Assembly (NCBI RefSeq): GCF_013315695.1
Contig: NZ_CP054353.1
Origin: Escherichia coli
Lineage (GTDB): Bacteria; Pseudomonadota; Gammaproteobacteria; Enterobacterales; Enterobacteriaceae
DNA length: 64,000 nucleotides
Direction: 5' to 3' (one strand)
The translations under genes and the position numbers were made by a program. A model generated the notes under the pieces. That model saw only the letters and a list, made by a program, of their open reading frames with translations, made no database searches and had not been told where the DNA came from. Every line of letters begins with the position of its first letter. Position 1 is the first letter of the stretch. Of this stretch, positions 9,891 to 20,967 are shown piece after piece.

Positions 9891-10226
9891 TTAATGCTCA
9901 CGCGCATGGTTGATAGTGTAACGCGGGATTTCGACCACTAAATCTTCGTCGGTAACGCGCGCCTGGCAGCTTAAACGGCTTTCCGGCTCCAGTCCCCAGG
10001 CTTTGTCCAGCATGTCGTCTTCCTGCTCTGAGCTTTCCGGCAGCGAGTCAAAACCTTCGCGAACGATGCAGTGGCAGGTGGTGCAAGCACAGGATTTTTC
10101 ACAGGCGTGTTCAATCTCGATACCGTTACGCAGAGCTGCGTCGAGAATGGTTTCACCGCTATTAGCTTCCAGAACAGCGCCATCAGGACAGAGATCCTGA
10201 TGAGGCAAAATAACAATCTTTGGCAT
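9891..10226 (-). CDS. fdx: [2Fe-2S] ferredoxin of the isc operon, 111 aa
   Basis: Cysteine cluster [11 protein letters not shown]; synteny. Confidence 0.95.
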
Positions 10227-10227
10227 A

Positions 10228-12078
10228 TTAAACCTCGTCCACGGAATGGCCTTTCAGCGCACGACGAACCGACTGGTCCATGCGGCGAGCGGCGAAATCC
10301 TGGGTTTGTTTGTCTACGTTTTTAATCGCTTGTTCGATGGCGTCAACATCATCGCCCTGCGCCACTTCACTCAGGTGAGCGGCAGCATTGTCAATGACCT
10401 GACGCTCTGCGGCGCTTAACAGCGCGGCATCAGCAGCCAGCGCGCCGTGCAGACTTTCCAGCACACGCGCCGCTTCTACTTTTTGTTCTGCCAGCATACG
10501 GGCTTTTACGTCCTGCTCGGCATAGCTCATTGAGTCTTTAATCATCGAGGCGATTTCGCTGTCGGTCAGGCCGTAAGACGGTTTGACCTGGATAGACGCC
10601 TCAACGCCGGTGGATTTCTCCATCGCCGTCACGCTCAAAAGACCGTCGGCATCGACCTGGAACGTCACGCGAATATGCGCGCCGCCAGCCGGTAGCGCCG
10701 GAATACCTCGCAGCGCAAAACGCGCCAGCGAGCGGCAGTCCTGCACCAGTTCGCGCTCACCCTGCATTACATGGATAGACATCGCCGTCTGACCATCTTT
10801 AAAGGTGGTGAAATCCTGGGCGCGGGCCACCGGAATCGTGGTATTACGCGGGATCACTTTCTCCACCAGGCCGCCCATCGTTTCGAGGCCCAGCGACAGC
10901 GGGATCACATCCAGCAACAGCATTTCGCTGTCCGGCTTGTTACCCACCAGAATATCCGCCTGAATCGCCGCGCCAATAGCGACGACTTTATCCGGGTCGA
11001 TAGAAGTCAGCGGTGGACGACCGAAAAATTCGCCTACTCGTTCACGCACCAGCGGCACGCGAGTAGAACCGCCAACCATCACCACTTCCAGCACTTCATC
11101 AGCTTCTACGCCAGCGTCTTTCAGCGCACGACGACAAGCCAGTAAGGTTCGTTTTACCAGTGGCGCGATCAGTTCATTGAATTGTTCACGGCTGATTTCG
11201 CCCTGCCAGCCCGCAACGTTAACGGTCACGGAGTCCGCATCGCTCAGCGCGATTTTGGCCGCAATGGCAGCATCCAGCAGTTCACGCTGAACGCGGTTAT
11301 CGCTACGATCAGGAATGCCCGCCTGCTCGCGAATGTAATCCGCCAGCAGATGGTCGAAATCATCGCCGCCGAGCGCGGAATCACCGCCGGTTGCCAGCAC
11401 TTCAAACACGCCGCGACTTAAGCGCAGAATGGAAATATCAAACGTACCGCCGCCGAGGTCATAAACAGCGATCACGCCTTCCTGACCGGAATCCAGCCCG
11501 TAGGCAATAGCCGCAGCGGTCGGTTCGTTAAGTAAGCGCAGAACATGCAACCCCGCCAGACGCGCCGCGTCTTTGGTGCCCTGACGCTGGGCATCGTCAA
11601 AGTACGCCGGAACGGTGATAACGACACCATCCAGCTCGCCTGTCAGGGCTTCAGTTGCCCGCGCCGCCAGTGCTTTGAGGATGTCCGCAGAAACGCGCAC
11701 TGGGTTCAGCAGTCCCGCCGCCGTTTCAATCATCGGCAGGCCGTTTTCGCTGGCCTGGAATTGATAAGGCAGATGCGGATAGCGTTGCTGGATATCAGCC
11801 AGCGAGCGCCCCATCAGACGTTTAACAGAACTAATGGTGTTGGCGGTATCGAGCGCTGCATTAGTACGCGCGTCATAACCCACCGAATGCCCTTGCTGTT
11901 GATAGTGAACAACAGATGGCAGCAGGTGACGGCCTTCATGGTCGGCTAACGTTTCGGCCTGACCGCTGCGCACTGTCGCCACCAGCGAGTTGGTTGTGCC
12001 CAGGTCAATACCGGCCGCCAGACGACGCTGATGCGGCGCAGCACTCAAACCAGGTTCACTAATTTGTAATAAGGCCAT
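10228..12078 (-). CDS. hscA: Fe-S cluster chaperone HscA (Hsp70 family), 616 aa
   Basis: ATG at 12078 gives [10 protein letters not shown]...; IDLGTTNS motif. Track ORF extends 18 codons further upstream. Confidence 0.95.
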   Translation of the reverse strand: MALLQISEPGLSAAPHQRRLAAGIDLGTTNSLVATVRSGQAETLADHEGRHLLPSVVHYQQQGHSVGYDARTNAALDTANTISSVKRLMGRSLADIQQRYPHLPYQFQASENGLPMIETAAGLLNPVRVSADILKALAARATEALTGELDGVVITVPAYFDDAQRQGTKDAARLAGLHVLRLLNEPTAAAIAYGLDSGQEGVIAVYDLGGGTFDISILRLSRGVFEVLATGGDSALGGDDFDHLLADYIREQAGIPDRSDNRVQRELLDAAIAAKIALSDADSVTVNVAGWQGEISREQFNELIAPLVKRTLLACRRALKDAGVEADEVLEVVMVGGSTRVPLVRERVGEFFGRPPLTSIDPDKVVAIGAAIQADILVGNKPDSEMLLLDVIPLSLGLETMGGLVEKVIPRNTTIPVARAQDFTTFKDGQTAMSIHVMQGERELVQDCRSLARFALRGIPALPAGGAHIRVTFQVDADGLLSVTAMEKSTGVEASIQVKPSYGLTDSEIASMIKDSMSYAEQDVKARMLAEQKVEAARVLESLHGALAADAALLSAAERQVIDNAAAHLSEVAQGDDVDAIEQAIKNVDKQTQDFAARRMDQSVRRALKGHSVDEV

Positions 12079-12094
12079 GTTTAGCTTCCAGAAA

Positions 12095-12610
12095 TTAAAA
12101 ATCGAGCAGTTTTTCTTCGAGTTGTTCGGCACTGCTCCGCAGTTTATCGAGAAAACGCAGCTTACGCACGGTATCCGCCGCCGCGTCCCACGTCTCGTTG
12201 TCTAACTGTTCAACCATCAACTGATGGCGGGTATCAAACATCTTTTTCACACGTTTGATAAAGCTTTCCAGCCGCGCTTCATCTTTCGCCTGTTCGATCT
12301 CGTCCAGCTCTTCGCGCAGCTCCAACTGTTCCATCAGGAACGCGGTGTCGCGCACAGTATGCTGCTCGCTGGCGAGATCAAAGCCGTGCAAAGAAAGCAA
12401 ATATTCCGCGCGCATTAACGGATGACGCAGCGTTTGCCAGGCCTGGTTAATGGTTGCAGATTGCTGTACGGCGGCGAGTTGTTCCGCCTGGCTTCCGCTG
12501 GCGAATTTATCAGGATGATACTGACGTTGTAGATCCTGAAAACGCAGGCTCAGTGCCTGGGTATCGAGTTGATAACGGGCAGGCAAGCCAAAGAGGGTGA
12601 AGTAATCCAT
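12095..12610 (-). CDS. hscB: Fe-S co-chaperone HscB (J-domain), 171 aa
   Basis: HPD motif; [16 protein letters not shown]... Confidence 0.95.
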   Translation of the reverse strand: MDYFTLFGLPARYQLDTQALSLRFQDLQRQYHPDKFASGSQAEQLAAVQQSATINQAWQTLRHPLMRAEYLLSLHGFDLASEQHTVRDTAFLMEQLELREELDEIEQAKDEARLESFIKRVKKMFDTRHQLMVEQLDNETWDAAADTVRKLRFLDKLRSSAEQLEEKLLDF

Positions 12611-12705
12611 AACATTCTCAGGGCTGCGATCCGCCGCGATAACGGCGAATCAGGTAAAACAAACCCCACGCGCAGGCGACCACGGTGGGGTTATCGGTAT
12701 GCGCA

Positions 12706-13029
12706 TCAAACGTGGAAGCTTTCGCCGCAACCACACTCATCTTTAACGTTCGGGTTGGTGAATTTAAACCCTTCGTTCAGGCCTTCTTTTACGAAGTCCA
12801 GCTGCGTACCGTCCAGAAATTGCAGGCTTTTGCCATCGACCACGACTTTCACGCCTTTGTCTTCAAACACGATGTCTTCCGGCGTCGGTTCGTCAACAAA
12901 TTCCAGTACATAAGCCATACCTGAACATCCGGAGGTTCTCACGCCCAGACGCAGGCCAAACCCTTTGCCGCGGTTAGCCAGAAAGGTATTTACTCGCGCT
13001 GCTGCACTGTCGCTCAGTGTAATCGACAT
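12706..13029 (-). CDS. iscA: Fe-S carrier IscA, 107 aa
   Basis: [13 protein letters not shown]... and C-terminal CGCGESF. Confidence 0.95.
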   Translation of the reverse strand: MSITLSDSAAARVNTFLANRGKGFGLRLGVRTSGCSGMAYVLEFVDEPTPEDIVFEDKGVKVVVDGKSLQFLDGTQLDFVKEGLNEGFKFTNPNVKDECGCGESFHV

Positions 13030-13045
13030 AACCAAACCTCAACTC

Positions 13046-13432
13046 TTATTTTGCTTCACGTTTGCTTTTATAGTCCGCAATGGCGGCTTTGATCGCGTCT
13101 TCTGCCAGAATAGAACAGTGAATTTTCACCGGCGGCAGTTCAAGTTCTTCAGCAATATCGGTGTTTTTGATCGCCTGCGCTTCGTCGAGAGACTTCCCTT
13201 TCACCCATTCGGTGACCAGGGAGCTGGAAGCGATAGCAGAACCGCAGCCGTAAGTTTTAAAACGCGCGTCTTCAATGATACCTTCATCGTTGACTTTAAT
13301 CTGCAACTTCATCACGTCGCCACAGGCCGGTGCACCCACCATGCCGCTGCCGACGTTCTCGTCGTTGTTGTCAAAGGAACCCACGTTACGCGGATTCTCG
13401 TAATGGTCGATAACTTTTTCGCTGTAAGCCAT
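13046..13432 (-). CDS. iscU: Fe-S scaffold IscU, 128 aa
   Basis: MAYSEKVIDHYENPRNVG... and conserved cysteines. Confidence 0.96.
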   Translation of the reverse strand: MAYSEKVIDHYENPRNVGSFDNNDENVGSGMVGAPACGDVMKLQIKVNDEGIIEDARFKTYGCGSAIASSSLVTEWVKGKSLDEAQAIKNTDIAEELELPPVKIHCSILAEDAIKAAIADYKSKREAK

Positions 13433-13459
13433 TATAAATTCTCCTGATTCCGATACCGA

Positions 13460-14674
13460 TTAATGATGAGCCCATTCGATGCTGTTCAGATCCACGCCCT
13501 GCTTGTACATTTCCCACAGCGGAGAAAGGTCACGCAGACGACCGATGGATTTACGAACTAACTCGATGGTGTAGTCGATCTCTTCTTCAGTAGTAAAACG
13601 ACCTAAAGAGAAACGGATAGAGCTATGTGCCAGCTCGTCGTTCAGCCCCAGCGCGCGCAGCACGTAGGACGGTTCGAGGCTTGCTGACGTACAGGCGGAA
13701 CCGGAAGAAACCGCGAGGTCTTTCAGCGCCATAATCAGCGACTCACCTTCAACGTAGTTGAAGCTGACGTTGAGAATGTTCGGCGCACCGTGTTCCAGGT
13801 CACCGTTCAGGTAAACTTCTTCGATATCTTTGATGCCGTTCCACAGACGGTTACGCAGGCCGCGCAGACGTTCCATCTCGGTCGCCATCTCTTCTTTTGC
13901 TATGCGATAGGCTTCGCCCATACCGACGATCTGGTGAACAGGCAGAGTACCGGAACGCATACCGCGCTCGTGACCGCCGCCGTGCATTTGCGCTTCGATA
14001 CGTACGCGCGGTTTACGACGCACATACAGCGCACCAATACCTTTCGGGCCATAGATTTTGTGACCGGAGAAAGACATCAGGTCAACTTTCAACTGGCTCA
14101 GGTCGATAGGCAGTTTGCCCACGCTCTGGGTTGCATCAACGTGATAGATAATGCCGCGAGCACGGCACATTTCGCCGATAGCCGCGATATCCTGCACCAC
14201 GCCGATTTCGTTATTTACGTGCATGATGGAAACAAGGATGGTGTCGTCACGCATCGCTGCTTCGAGTTCTTTCAGGTCGATAATACCGTTACGCTGCGGT
14301 GCCAGGTAAGTGACTTCAAAACCTTCGCGCTCCAGCTGACGGCAGGTATCCAGTACCGCTTTGTGTTCGGTTTTGCTGGTGATGATGTGCTTGCCTTTTT
14401 TCTGATAAAAGTTAGCAGCACCTTTGATCGCCAGGTTGTCAGATTCGGTAGCACCAGAGGTAAAGACGATTTCACGCGGATCAGCGCCAACCAGATCGGC
14501 AATCTGATTACGAGCGATATCTACCGCTTCTTCAGCCTGCCAGCCGAAACGGTGAGAACGGGAGGCCGGGTTACCAAAGGTTCCGTCCATCGTCATAAAC
14601 TGCATCATTTTCTCGGCAACACGCGGGTCCACCGGCGTGGTTGCGGAGTAGTCGAGATAAATCGGTAATTTCAT
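13460..14674 (-). CDS. iscS: Cysteine desulfurase IscS, 404 aa
   Basis: ATG at 14674 gives [14 protein letters not shown]...; PLP-lysine motif [10 protein letters not shown]. Confidence 0.96.
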
Positions 14675-14785
14675 TGCTCTATAAACTCCGTACATCACTC
14701 AATGCAAGGAACCAGGCTGCCGGCTGGATGTACGACCGTGTTTACGGAGTGTTTAGCACTCCGGCCTGATTCTGAATTCTTTTTA

Positions 14786-15274
14786 TTAAGCGCGTAACTT
14801 AACGTCGATCGCGTCTTGTGTGCGGGTGCGTGGCGCGTCGTGAGTATGCTGACGACCAGACACATCCAGCACTTCCTGGTTATTAACCAGTTCGCCTAAA
14901 GTAATGTTATTGAGAAAACCGGTAAGACGGTCGCTCAAATCACGCCACAGCGCGTGGGTCAGGCATTTATCGCCGCCCTGGCAGCCGCCTTTACCCTGAC
15001 AACGGGTGGCATCTACAGATTCGTCAACGGCGCTAATCACTTCGCCAACGGCGATGCTGCTGGCATCTTTGCCTAACAGATAACCACCGCCTGGTCCACG
15101 TACGCTGGAAACCAGACCATTTTTACGCAGACGGGAAAACAGTTGTTCCAGATAAGAAAGGGAAATTCCCTGACGTTCGGAAATATCAGCCAACGGTACC
15201 GGGCCCGCTTCAGAGTTGAGCGCAACGTCAAGCATTGCGGTCACGGCATAGCGCCCTTTAGATGTCAGTCTCAT
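14786..15274 (-). CDS. iscR: Fe-S responsive transcriptional regulator IscR (Rrf2 family), 162 aa
   Basis: [19 protein letters not shown]...; cysteine ligands near C-terminus. Confidence 0.96.
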
Positions 15275-15343
15275 GTCTTACTTCACCTCAAACTCGCCCC
15301 TGCCCGGGGTTTTTTATTGTAAAAGTGGGGGTATTGCATAGCA

Positions 15344-15408
15344 GGGTCAAGTCTGACATTCCCGAGTAAATTGGTCAACTATTTACTTGACTGATTTAGT
15401 CGGGTATT
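15344..15408 (-). promoter_or_regulatory. iscR promoter region with IscR autoregulatory operator sites
   Basis: Minus-strand sequence ATAGTTGACCAATTTACTCGGGAATGTCAGACTTGACCC matches the isc promoter/operator as I recall it; lies directly upstream of iscR. Confidence 0.6.
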
Positions 15409-15451
15409 TAACCTTCAGTGCCATTTTTTTATCGTGGCGTTTGTACCTGTT

Positions 15452-15536
15452 GTCGGATGCGGTGTGAACACCTTATCCGACCTGGGATTCCGTGCACTTA
15501 CAAGCCTGATAAGACGCGTTAAGCATCGCATCAGGC
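15452..15536. repeat. Two REP elements (BIME) between iscR and trmJ
   Basis: GTCGGATGCGGTGTGAACACCTTATCCGACC and GCCTGATAAGACGCGTTAAGCATCGCATCAGGC. Confidence 0.7.
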
Positions 15537-15544
15537 AACCACTG

Positions 15545-16285
15545 TTATTCGGCCTTATTACCTTTATTCTGCTGCTCTATAGAAGCCAGAATCCCGCGCA
15601 GGATATTCAATTCCTGGCTTTCCGGGCGTGCACGGGTAAACAGACGGCGCAATTTATTCATCACCTGCCCCGGATGGTTTTCACGGATAAAACCGGTTGC
15701 CAGCAGCGTTTGTTCGAGATGACCGTAAAAACGCTCCAGATCATCGACCAGCGGATACGGCGTCTCTTCATGCTCGACCTGCTCGCCATTTTCCTGAGTT
15801 GCCAGCCAGGCCATGCGCACTTCATAGGCAATAACCTGAACCGCCATCGCCAGGTTCAGCGAACTGTATTCCGGGTTAGCCGCAATCGCGACATGATAAT
15901 GGCATTTCTGCAGCTCTTCATTGGTCAAGCCGACGCGCTCGCGACCAAACACCAGCGCCACCGGGGTATTTGCCGCTTCAGCGACGCTTTTCAGACCGCA
16001 TTCGCGCGGGTCGAGCATCGGCCACGGCAGCGTGCGGGAGCGAGCGCTGGTGCCCACCACCAGGCTACAACCGGCTAACGCTTCGTCGAGCGTATCGACG
16101 ATGTGAGCATTACCAATCACATCGCTGGCCCCTGCTGCCAGGGCAATCGCCTGGGAGTCAGGTTTCACCAGTGGATTAACCAGCCACAGATTGGTTAATC
16201 CCATTGTTTTCATGGCACGGGCAACAGAACCCATATTGCCGGTGTGTGACGTCTCCACCAGCACAATTCGAATATTTTGCAGCAT
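15545..16285 (-). CDS. trmJ: tRNA (cytidine/uridine-2'-O)-methyltransferase TrmJ, 246 aa
   Basis: SpoU-type [22 protein letters not shown]...; synteny. Confidence 0.93.
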
Positions 16286-16403
16286 TGTCTTTCTTCATCT
16301 AAAGATTATTCACGCATCTTATCATAAAACGAAGACAGATGCCGATCTCGCTGCTATACTCTGCGCCGTTTTCCCGTTCTTTAACATCCAGTGAGAGAGA
16401 CCG

Positions 16404-17207
16404 ATGCATCCGATGCTGAACATCGCCGTGCGCGCAGCGCGCAAGGCGGGTAATTTAATTGCCAAAAACTATGAAACCCCGGACGCTGTAGAAGCGAGCC
16501 AGAAAGGCAGTAACGATTTCGTGACCAACGTAGATAAAGCTGCCGAAGCGGTGATTATCGACACGATTCGTAAATCTTACCCACAGCACACCATCATCAC
16601 CGAAGAAAGCGGTGAACTTGAAGGTACTGATCAGGATGTTCAATGGGTTATCGATCCACTGGATGGCACTACCAACTTTATCAAACGTCTGCCGCACTTC
16701 GCGGTATCTATCGCCGTTCGTATCAAAGGCCGCACTGAAGTTGCTGTGGTTTACGATCCTATGCGTAACGAACTGTTCACCGCCACTCGCGGTCAGGGCG
16801 CACAGCTGAACGGCTACCGTCTGCGCGGCAGCACCGCTCGCGATCTCGACGGTACTATTCTGGCGACCGGCTTCCCGTTCAAAGCAAAACAGTACGCCAC
16901 CACCTACATCAACATCGTCGGCAAACTGTTCAACGAATGTGCAGACTTCCGTCGTACCGGTTCTGCGGCGCTGGATCTGGCTTACGTTGCTGCGGGTCGC
17001 GTTGACGGTTTCTTTGAAATCGGTCTGCGCCCGTGGGATTTCGCGGCAGGCGAGCTGCTGGTTCGTGAAGCGGGCGGCATCGTCAGCGACTTCACCGGTG
17101 GTCATAACTACATGCTGACCGGTAACATCGTTGCTGGTAACCCGCGCGTTGTGAAAGCCATGCTGGCGAATATGCGTGACGAGTTAAGCGACGCCCTGAA
17201 GCGTTAA
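16404..17207 (+). CDS. suhB: Inositol monophosphatase family protein SuhB, 267 aa
   Basis: WVIDPLDGTTNF motif; full-length. Confidence 0.95.
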   Translation: MHPMLNIAVRAARKAGNLIAKNYETPDAVEASQKGSNDFVTNVDKAAEAVIIDTIRKSYPQHTIITEESGELEGTDQDVQWVIDPLDGTTNFIKRLPHFAVSIAVRIKGRTEVAVVYDPMRNELFTATRGQGAQLNGYRLRGSTARDLDGTILATGFPFKAKQYATTYINIVGKLFNECADFRRTGSAALDLAYVAAGRVDGFFEIGLRPWDFAAGELLVREAGGIVSDFTGGHNYMLTGNIVAGNPRVVKAMLANMRDELSDALKR

Positions 17208-17351
17208 TGACTCTGGCGGGTGATGTCACTCACCCGCCCTCGCCTTTCAGGCGCTATTCCGAAATACTTCCTCACCGCTTTACTTTCTTTCGTCACTCTC
17301 CCACCATCTTTCCCCGATTAATGGATGATAAAGAAGTCGCAAGGAAAGGTT

Positions 17352-18206
17352 ATGGCGCTGCCAGTGAACAAACGCGTTCTCAAAATTCTGTTTATTCTCT
17401 TTGTTGTTGCCTTCTGCATTTATTTAATACCGCGCATCGCCATCAATTTTTTCTATTACCCTGACGACAAAATCTACGGTCCCGAACCCTGGTCGGCGGA
17501 ATCCGTCGAATTTACGGCTAAGGACGGTACTCATCTGCAAGGCTGGTTTATCCCTTCTTCGACGGGCCCTGCTGATAACGCCATTGCTACCATTATTCAT
17601 GCTCACGGCAATGCCGGAAATATGTCCGCCCACTGGCCGCTGGTCAGTTGGTTACCCGAGCGTAATTTCAACGTTTTTATGTTTGATTATCGCGGGTTTG
17701 GTAAATCAAAAGGTACGCCGTCCCAGGCCGGATTGCTGGACGATACGCAAAGTGCCATCAATGTGGTGCGCCATCGCAGTGATGTAAACCCACAACGGCT
17801 GGTGCTGTTCGGGCAGAGTATTGGCGGGGCGAATATTCTGGATGTTATTGGTCAGGATGATCGTGAAGGCATACGTGCGGTGATCCTCGACTCCACATTT
17901 GCCTCTTATGCGACCATCGCCAACCAGATGATCCCCGGCAGTGGCTACTTACTTGATGAGAGTTACAGCGGCGAAAATTACATCGCCAGCGTCAGCCCGA
18001 TCCCGCTTTTACTCATTCACGGTAAAGCTGATCACGTTATCCCATGGCAGCACAGCGAAAAGTTGTATAGCCTGGCAAAAGAGCCAAAACGGTTGATCCT
18101 AATCCCGGATGGCGAACACATTGATGCTTTTTCTGATCGTCACGGCGATGTTTATCGCGAACAGATGGTGGATTTTATCCTTAGCGCGTTGAATCCGCAG
18201 AACTAA
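17352..18206 (+). CDS. yfhR: Alpha/beta-hydrolase family membrane-anchored protein YfhR, 284 aa
   Basis: ATG at 17352 preceded by AAGGAAAGG; GQSIGG nucleophile motif. Track ORF starts 9 codons earlier at 17325. Confidence 0.85.
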   Translation: MALPVNKRVLKILFILFVVAFCIYLIPRIAINFFYYPDDKIYGPEPWSAESVEFTAKDGTHLQGWFIPSSTGPADNAIATIIHAHGNAGNMSAHWPLVSWLPERNFNVFMFDYRGFGKSKGTPSQAGLLDDTQSAINVVRHRSDVNPQRLVLFGQSIGGANILDVIGQDDREGIRAVILDSTFASYATIANQMIPGSGYLLDESYSGENYIASVSPIPLLLIHGKADHVIPWQHSEKLYSLAKEPKRLILIPDGEHIDAFSDRHGDVYREQMVDFILSALNPQN

Positions 18207-18396
18207 CCAATGATCGCTAGCACGATAATCATTCACAAAACCACCTTAAGACATGCTAATCCACTGGTCAGAACAGTTTAAGATGAGAAAAATTCTGTGA
18301 CGCTTGCCAACATTTCTGATGATTAGCATTCCCTTCGCCATTTCCCTGAGCAAACTTTAGCTATTCTTATCAATTATGCTTATGGGAGATCTACAG

Positions 18397-19677
18397 ATGA
18401 TGCCTACGCTTGCTCCACCATCTGTCCTTTCGGCTCCCCAGCGCCGCTGCCAGATCTTGCTGACACTCTTTCAGCCGGGGTTGACCGCCACCACGGCAAC
18501 TTTCAGCGAGCTTAATGGTGTGGATGATGATATTGCCAGTCTTGATATCAGCGAAACAGGACGGGAGATCCTGCGCTATCATCAACTCACACTGACTACT
18601 GGTTATGACGGTAGCTACCGGGTTGAAGGTACAGTGCTTAACCAACGTTTGTGTTTATTTCACTGGCTACGACGTGGTTTCCGTCTGTGTCCGTCATTTA
18701 TTACCAGCCATTTCACCCCCGCCCTGAAGAGTGAACTGAAGCGGCGCGGAATTGCGCGTAACTTTTACGACGATACCAATCTACAAGCGTTAGTGAATCT
18801 CTGCTCCCGACGGCTGCAAAAACGCTTTGAAACACGCGATATTCATTTCCTGTGTCTGTATCTGCAATATTGTTTGCTGCAACATCACGCTGGAATTACG
18901 CCTCAGTTTAATCCGCTCCAACGTCGCTGGGCGGAATCCTGCCTTGAATTTCAGGTAGCGCAGGAAATTGGACGCCACTGGCAGCGTCGGGCACTCCAGC
19001 CTGTACCGCCTGATGAGCCACTGTTTATGGCTCTACTGTTTTCCATGTTGCGGGTTCCCGATCCACTGCGGGATGCGCATCAGCGGGACAGACAACTGCG
19101 TCAGTCTATCAAACGTCTGGTAAACCATTTTCGTGAGCTGGGAAATGTTCGTTTTTATGATGAACAGGGGTTATGCGATCAGCTTTATACCCACCTCGCC
19201 CAGGCGTTAAATCGCAGTTTGTTTGCCATCGGTATTGATAACACCCTGCCGGAAGAGTTCGCCCGCCTGTATCCACGCCTGGTGCGTACCACCCGCGCGG
19301 CGCTGGTCGGATTTGAAAGTGAATACGGCGTCCATCTTTCTGATGAGGAAAGCGGTCTGGTCGCGGTGATTTTTGGTGCCTGGCTAATGCAGGAAAACGA
19401 CCTGCATGAGAAACAGATTATTCTACTAACCGGGAATGACAGCGAGCGAGAAGCGCAGATTGAGCAGCAGCTACGCGAACTAACGTTACTGCCGCTCAAC
19501 ATTAAACATATGTCGGTAAAGGCATTTTTGCAGACAGGCGCTCCGCGCGGCGCGGCACTGATTATTGCGCCTTATACCATGCCGTTACCGCTCTTTTCAC
19601 CACCGCTGATCTATACGGACCTGACGTTGACAACACATCAACAGGAGCAGATCCGCAAAATGCTCGAATCAGCATGA
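18397..19677 (+). CDS. csiE: Stationary-phase inducible protein CsiE, 426 aa
   Basis: ATG at 18397 preceded by GGGAG; MMPTLAPPSVLS... Confidence 0.9.
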   Translation: MMPTLAPPSVLSAPQRRCQILLTLFQPGLTATTATFSELNGVDDDIASLDISETGREILRYHQLTLTTGYDGSYRVEGTVLNQRLCLFHWLRRGFRLCPSFITSHFTPALKSELKRRGIARNFYDDTNLQALVNLCSRRLQKRFETRDIHFLCLYLQYCLLQHHAGITPQFNPLQRRWAESCLEFQVAQEIGRHWQRRALQPVPPDEPLFMALLFSMLRVPDPLRDAHQRDRQLRQSIKRLVNHFRELGNVRFYDEQGLCDQLYTHLAQALNRSLFAIGIDNTLPEEFARLYPRLVRTTRAALVGFESEYGVHLSDEESGLVAVIFGAWLMQENDLHEKQIILLTGNDSEREAQIEQQLRELTLLPLNIKHMSVKAFLQTGAPRGAALIIAPYTMPLPLFSPPLIYTDLTLTTHQQEQIRKMLESA

Positions 19678-20808
19678 GGGAACAACTTTCGGGCGCAAAA
19701 ACATTGCCGGAAGCGCCACCAGCGCCATCACCCAGAACACGCCGTGGCCGAGATATTGATACAGGAAACCGGCGAAAACGGTCATGATGGCGATACTGCC
19801 GCCCATCGCGACGGCAGAGTAAACCGCCTGTAAACGGATGACTTCGCTACCCTGGCGAGCAGCAATGTAGCGCATAGCGGCCAGGTGGCAGACCGTGAAG
19901 GTGCCGCAATGCAGAATTTGCACCACTATCAACCACGGCAACGCCGTAGTTGCTCCCATAATGCCCCAGCGCACTACGCCGCAAATCGCCGAGATCAACA
20001 GCATATCGCGTGCACTACAACGGCGGAAAAGTTTATTACTCAGCGCAAAGATAATGACTTCCGCCACCACGCCCAGCGACCACAAATAGCCCACCGCCGA
20101 GGCCGAGTAGCCAGCAGCCTGCCAGTAAATGGCGCTAAAACCGTAATAGGCCGCATGCGCCCCCTGCAATAAACAAACGCAGGCCAGAAAGCGCCAGTTC
20201 TGGCGAACCAGCGCCAACCACGCAGACCAACCGGTGCTCTCCTGCTGGCGGCTTGCCCCTTGTGGCTGAATCGTCGGACGGATGAGAAAGCCGAGCAGCA
20301 TGGATGCCACGCCCAACGTCAACAGCGCGAGGATCACCCGATAATCAAACATACTGACCAGTTTGCCCGTCAGCGCCGAGCCAATGACAAACGCCACCGA
20401 GCCCCACAGTCTCACTTTGCCGTAATCAAGCGGGAACTGCTTTTGCCACGTATTCGCCAGTGCATCGGTCAACGGTACCAGCGGTGAGAAAAAGAGGTTA
20501 AAACCAATCATCACCAGCATCAGCCACGCTACGTGCGCCCCCGCCCAGAAGGCGACAGCAAAGAGAAGTGTCAGCAGTGCCAGCACGCGCAAGGCGGAAA
20601 TCAGGCGGGAAGGATCGCTGACGCGGGGCGCGATGAGCAAACTCCCGAGGAAACGGGCAACCAGACCCGCCCCCAATAACAGGCCGATGGTTTCTGGCGT
20701 TAAACCAATCCCTTTAAGCCAGACGCTCCAGAAAGGTAGAAAAATGCCGTAACTAAAAAAGTATGTGAAATAGCCGAGCGCCAACCAGCGCGTGGATTGC
20801 AAAACCAT
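19669..20808 (-). CDS. hcaT: MFS-family 3-phenylpropionate transporter HcaT, 379 aa
   Basis: Multi-pass hydrophobic ORF; synteny with hcaR. Confidence 0.92.
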   Translation of the reverse strand: MVLQSTRWLALGYFTYFFSYGIFLPFWSVWLKGIGLTPETIGLLLGAGLVARFLGSLLIAPRVSDPSRLISALRVLALLTLLFAVAFWAGAHVAWLMLVMIGFNLFFSPLVPLTDALANTWQKQFPLDYGKVRLWGSVAFVIGSALTGKLVSMFDYRVILALLTLGVASMLLGFLIRPTIQPQGASRQQESTGWSAWLALVRQNWRFLACVCLLQGAHAAYYGFSAIYWQAAGYSASAVGYLWSLGVVAEVIIFALSNKLFRRCSARDMLLISAICGVVRWGIMGATTALPWLIVVQILHCGTFTVCHLAAMRYIAARQGSEVIRLQAVYSAVAMGGSIAIMTVFAGFLYQYLGHGVFWVMALVALPAMFLRPKVVPSC

Positions 20809-20967
20809 GAGTCCCTCCCGTCAGGAGGCGTTAGTCTGGGGTTAATCGAATGTTGGTGCAAGTTGAAAAATAAGAATATTCGAGCCTGCTTCCTGATGTC
20901 TGTAACGCCAGTTCACAAGCACTAAAAAACTGCGAGCCGCGACGCATGTTGCAAAAATAATGCGTAA

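Noticed and set aside
15290-15320. Plus-strand terminator-like hairpin CCCCTGCCCGGGGTTTTTT upstream of iscR
   Set aside because: No plus-strand gene ends here; the element lies in the iscR 5' leader on the opposite strand and is more likely leader structure.
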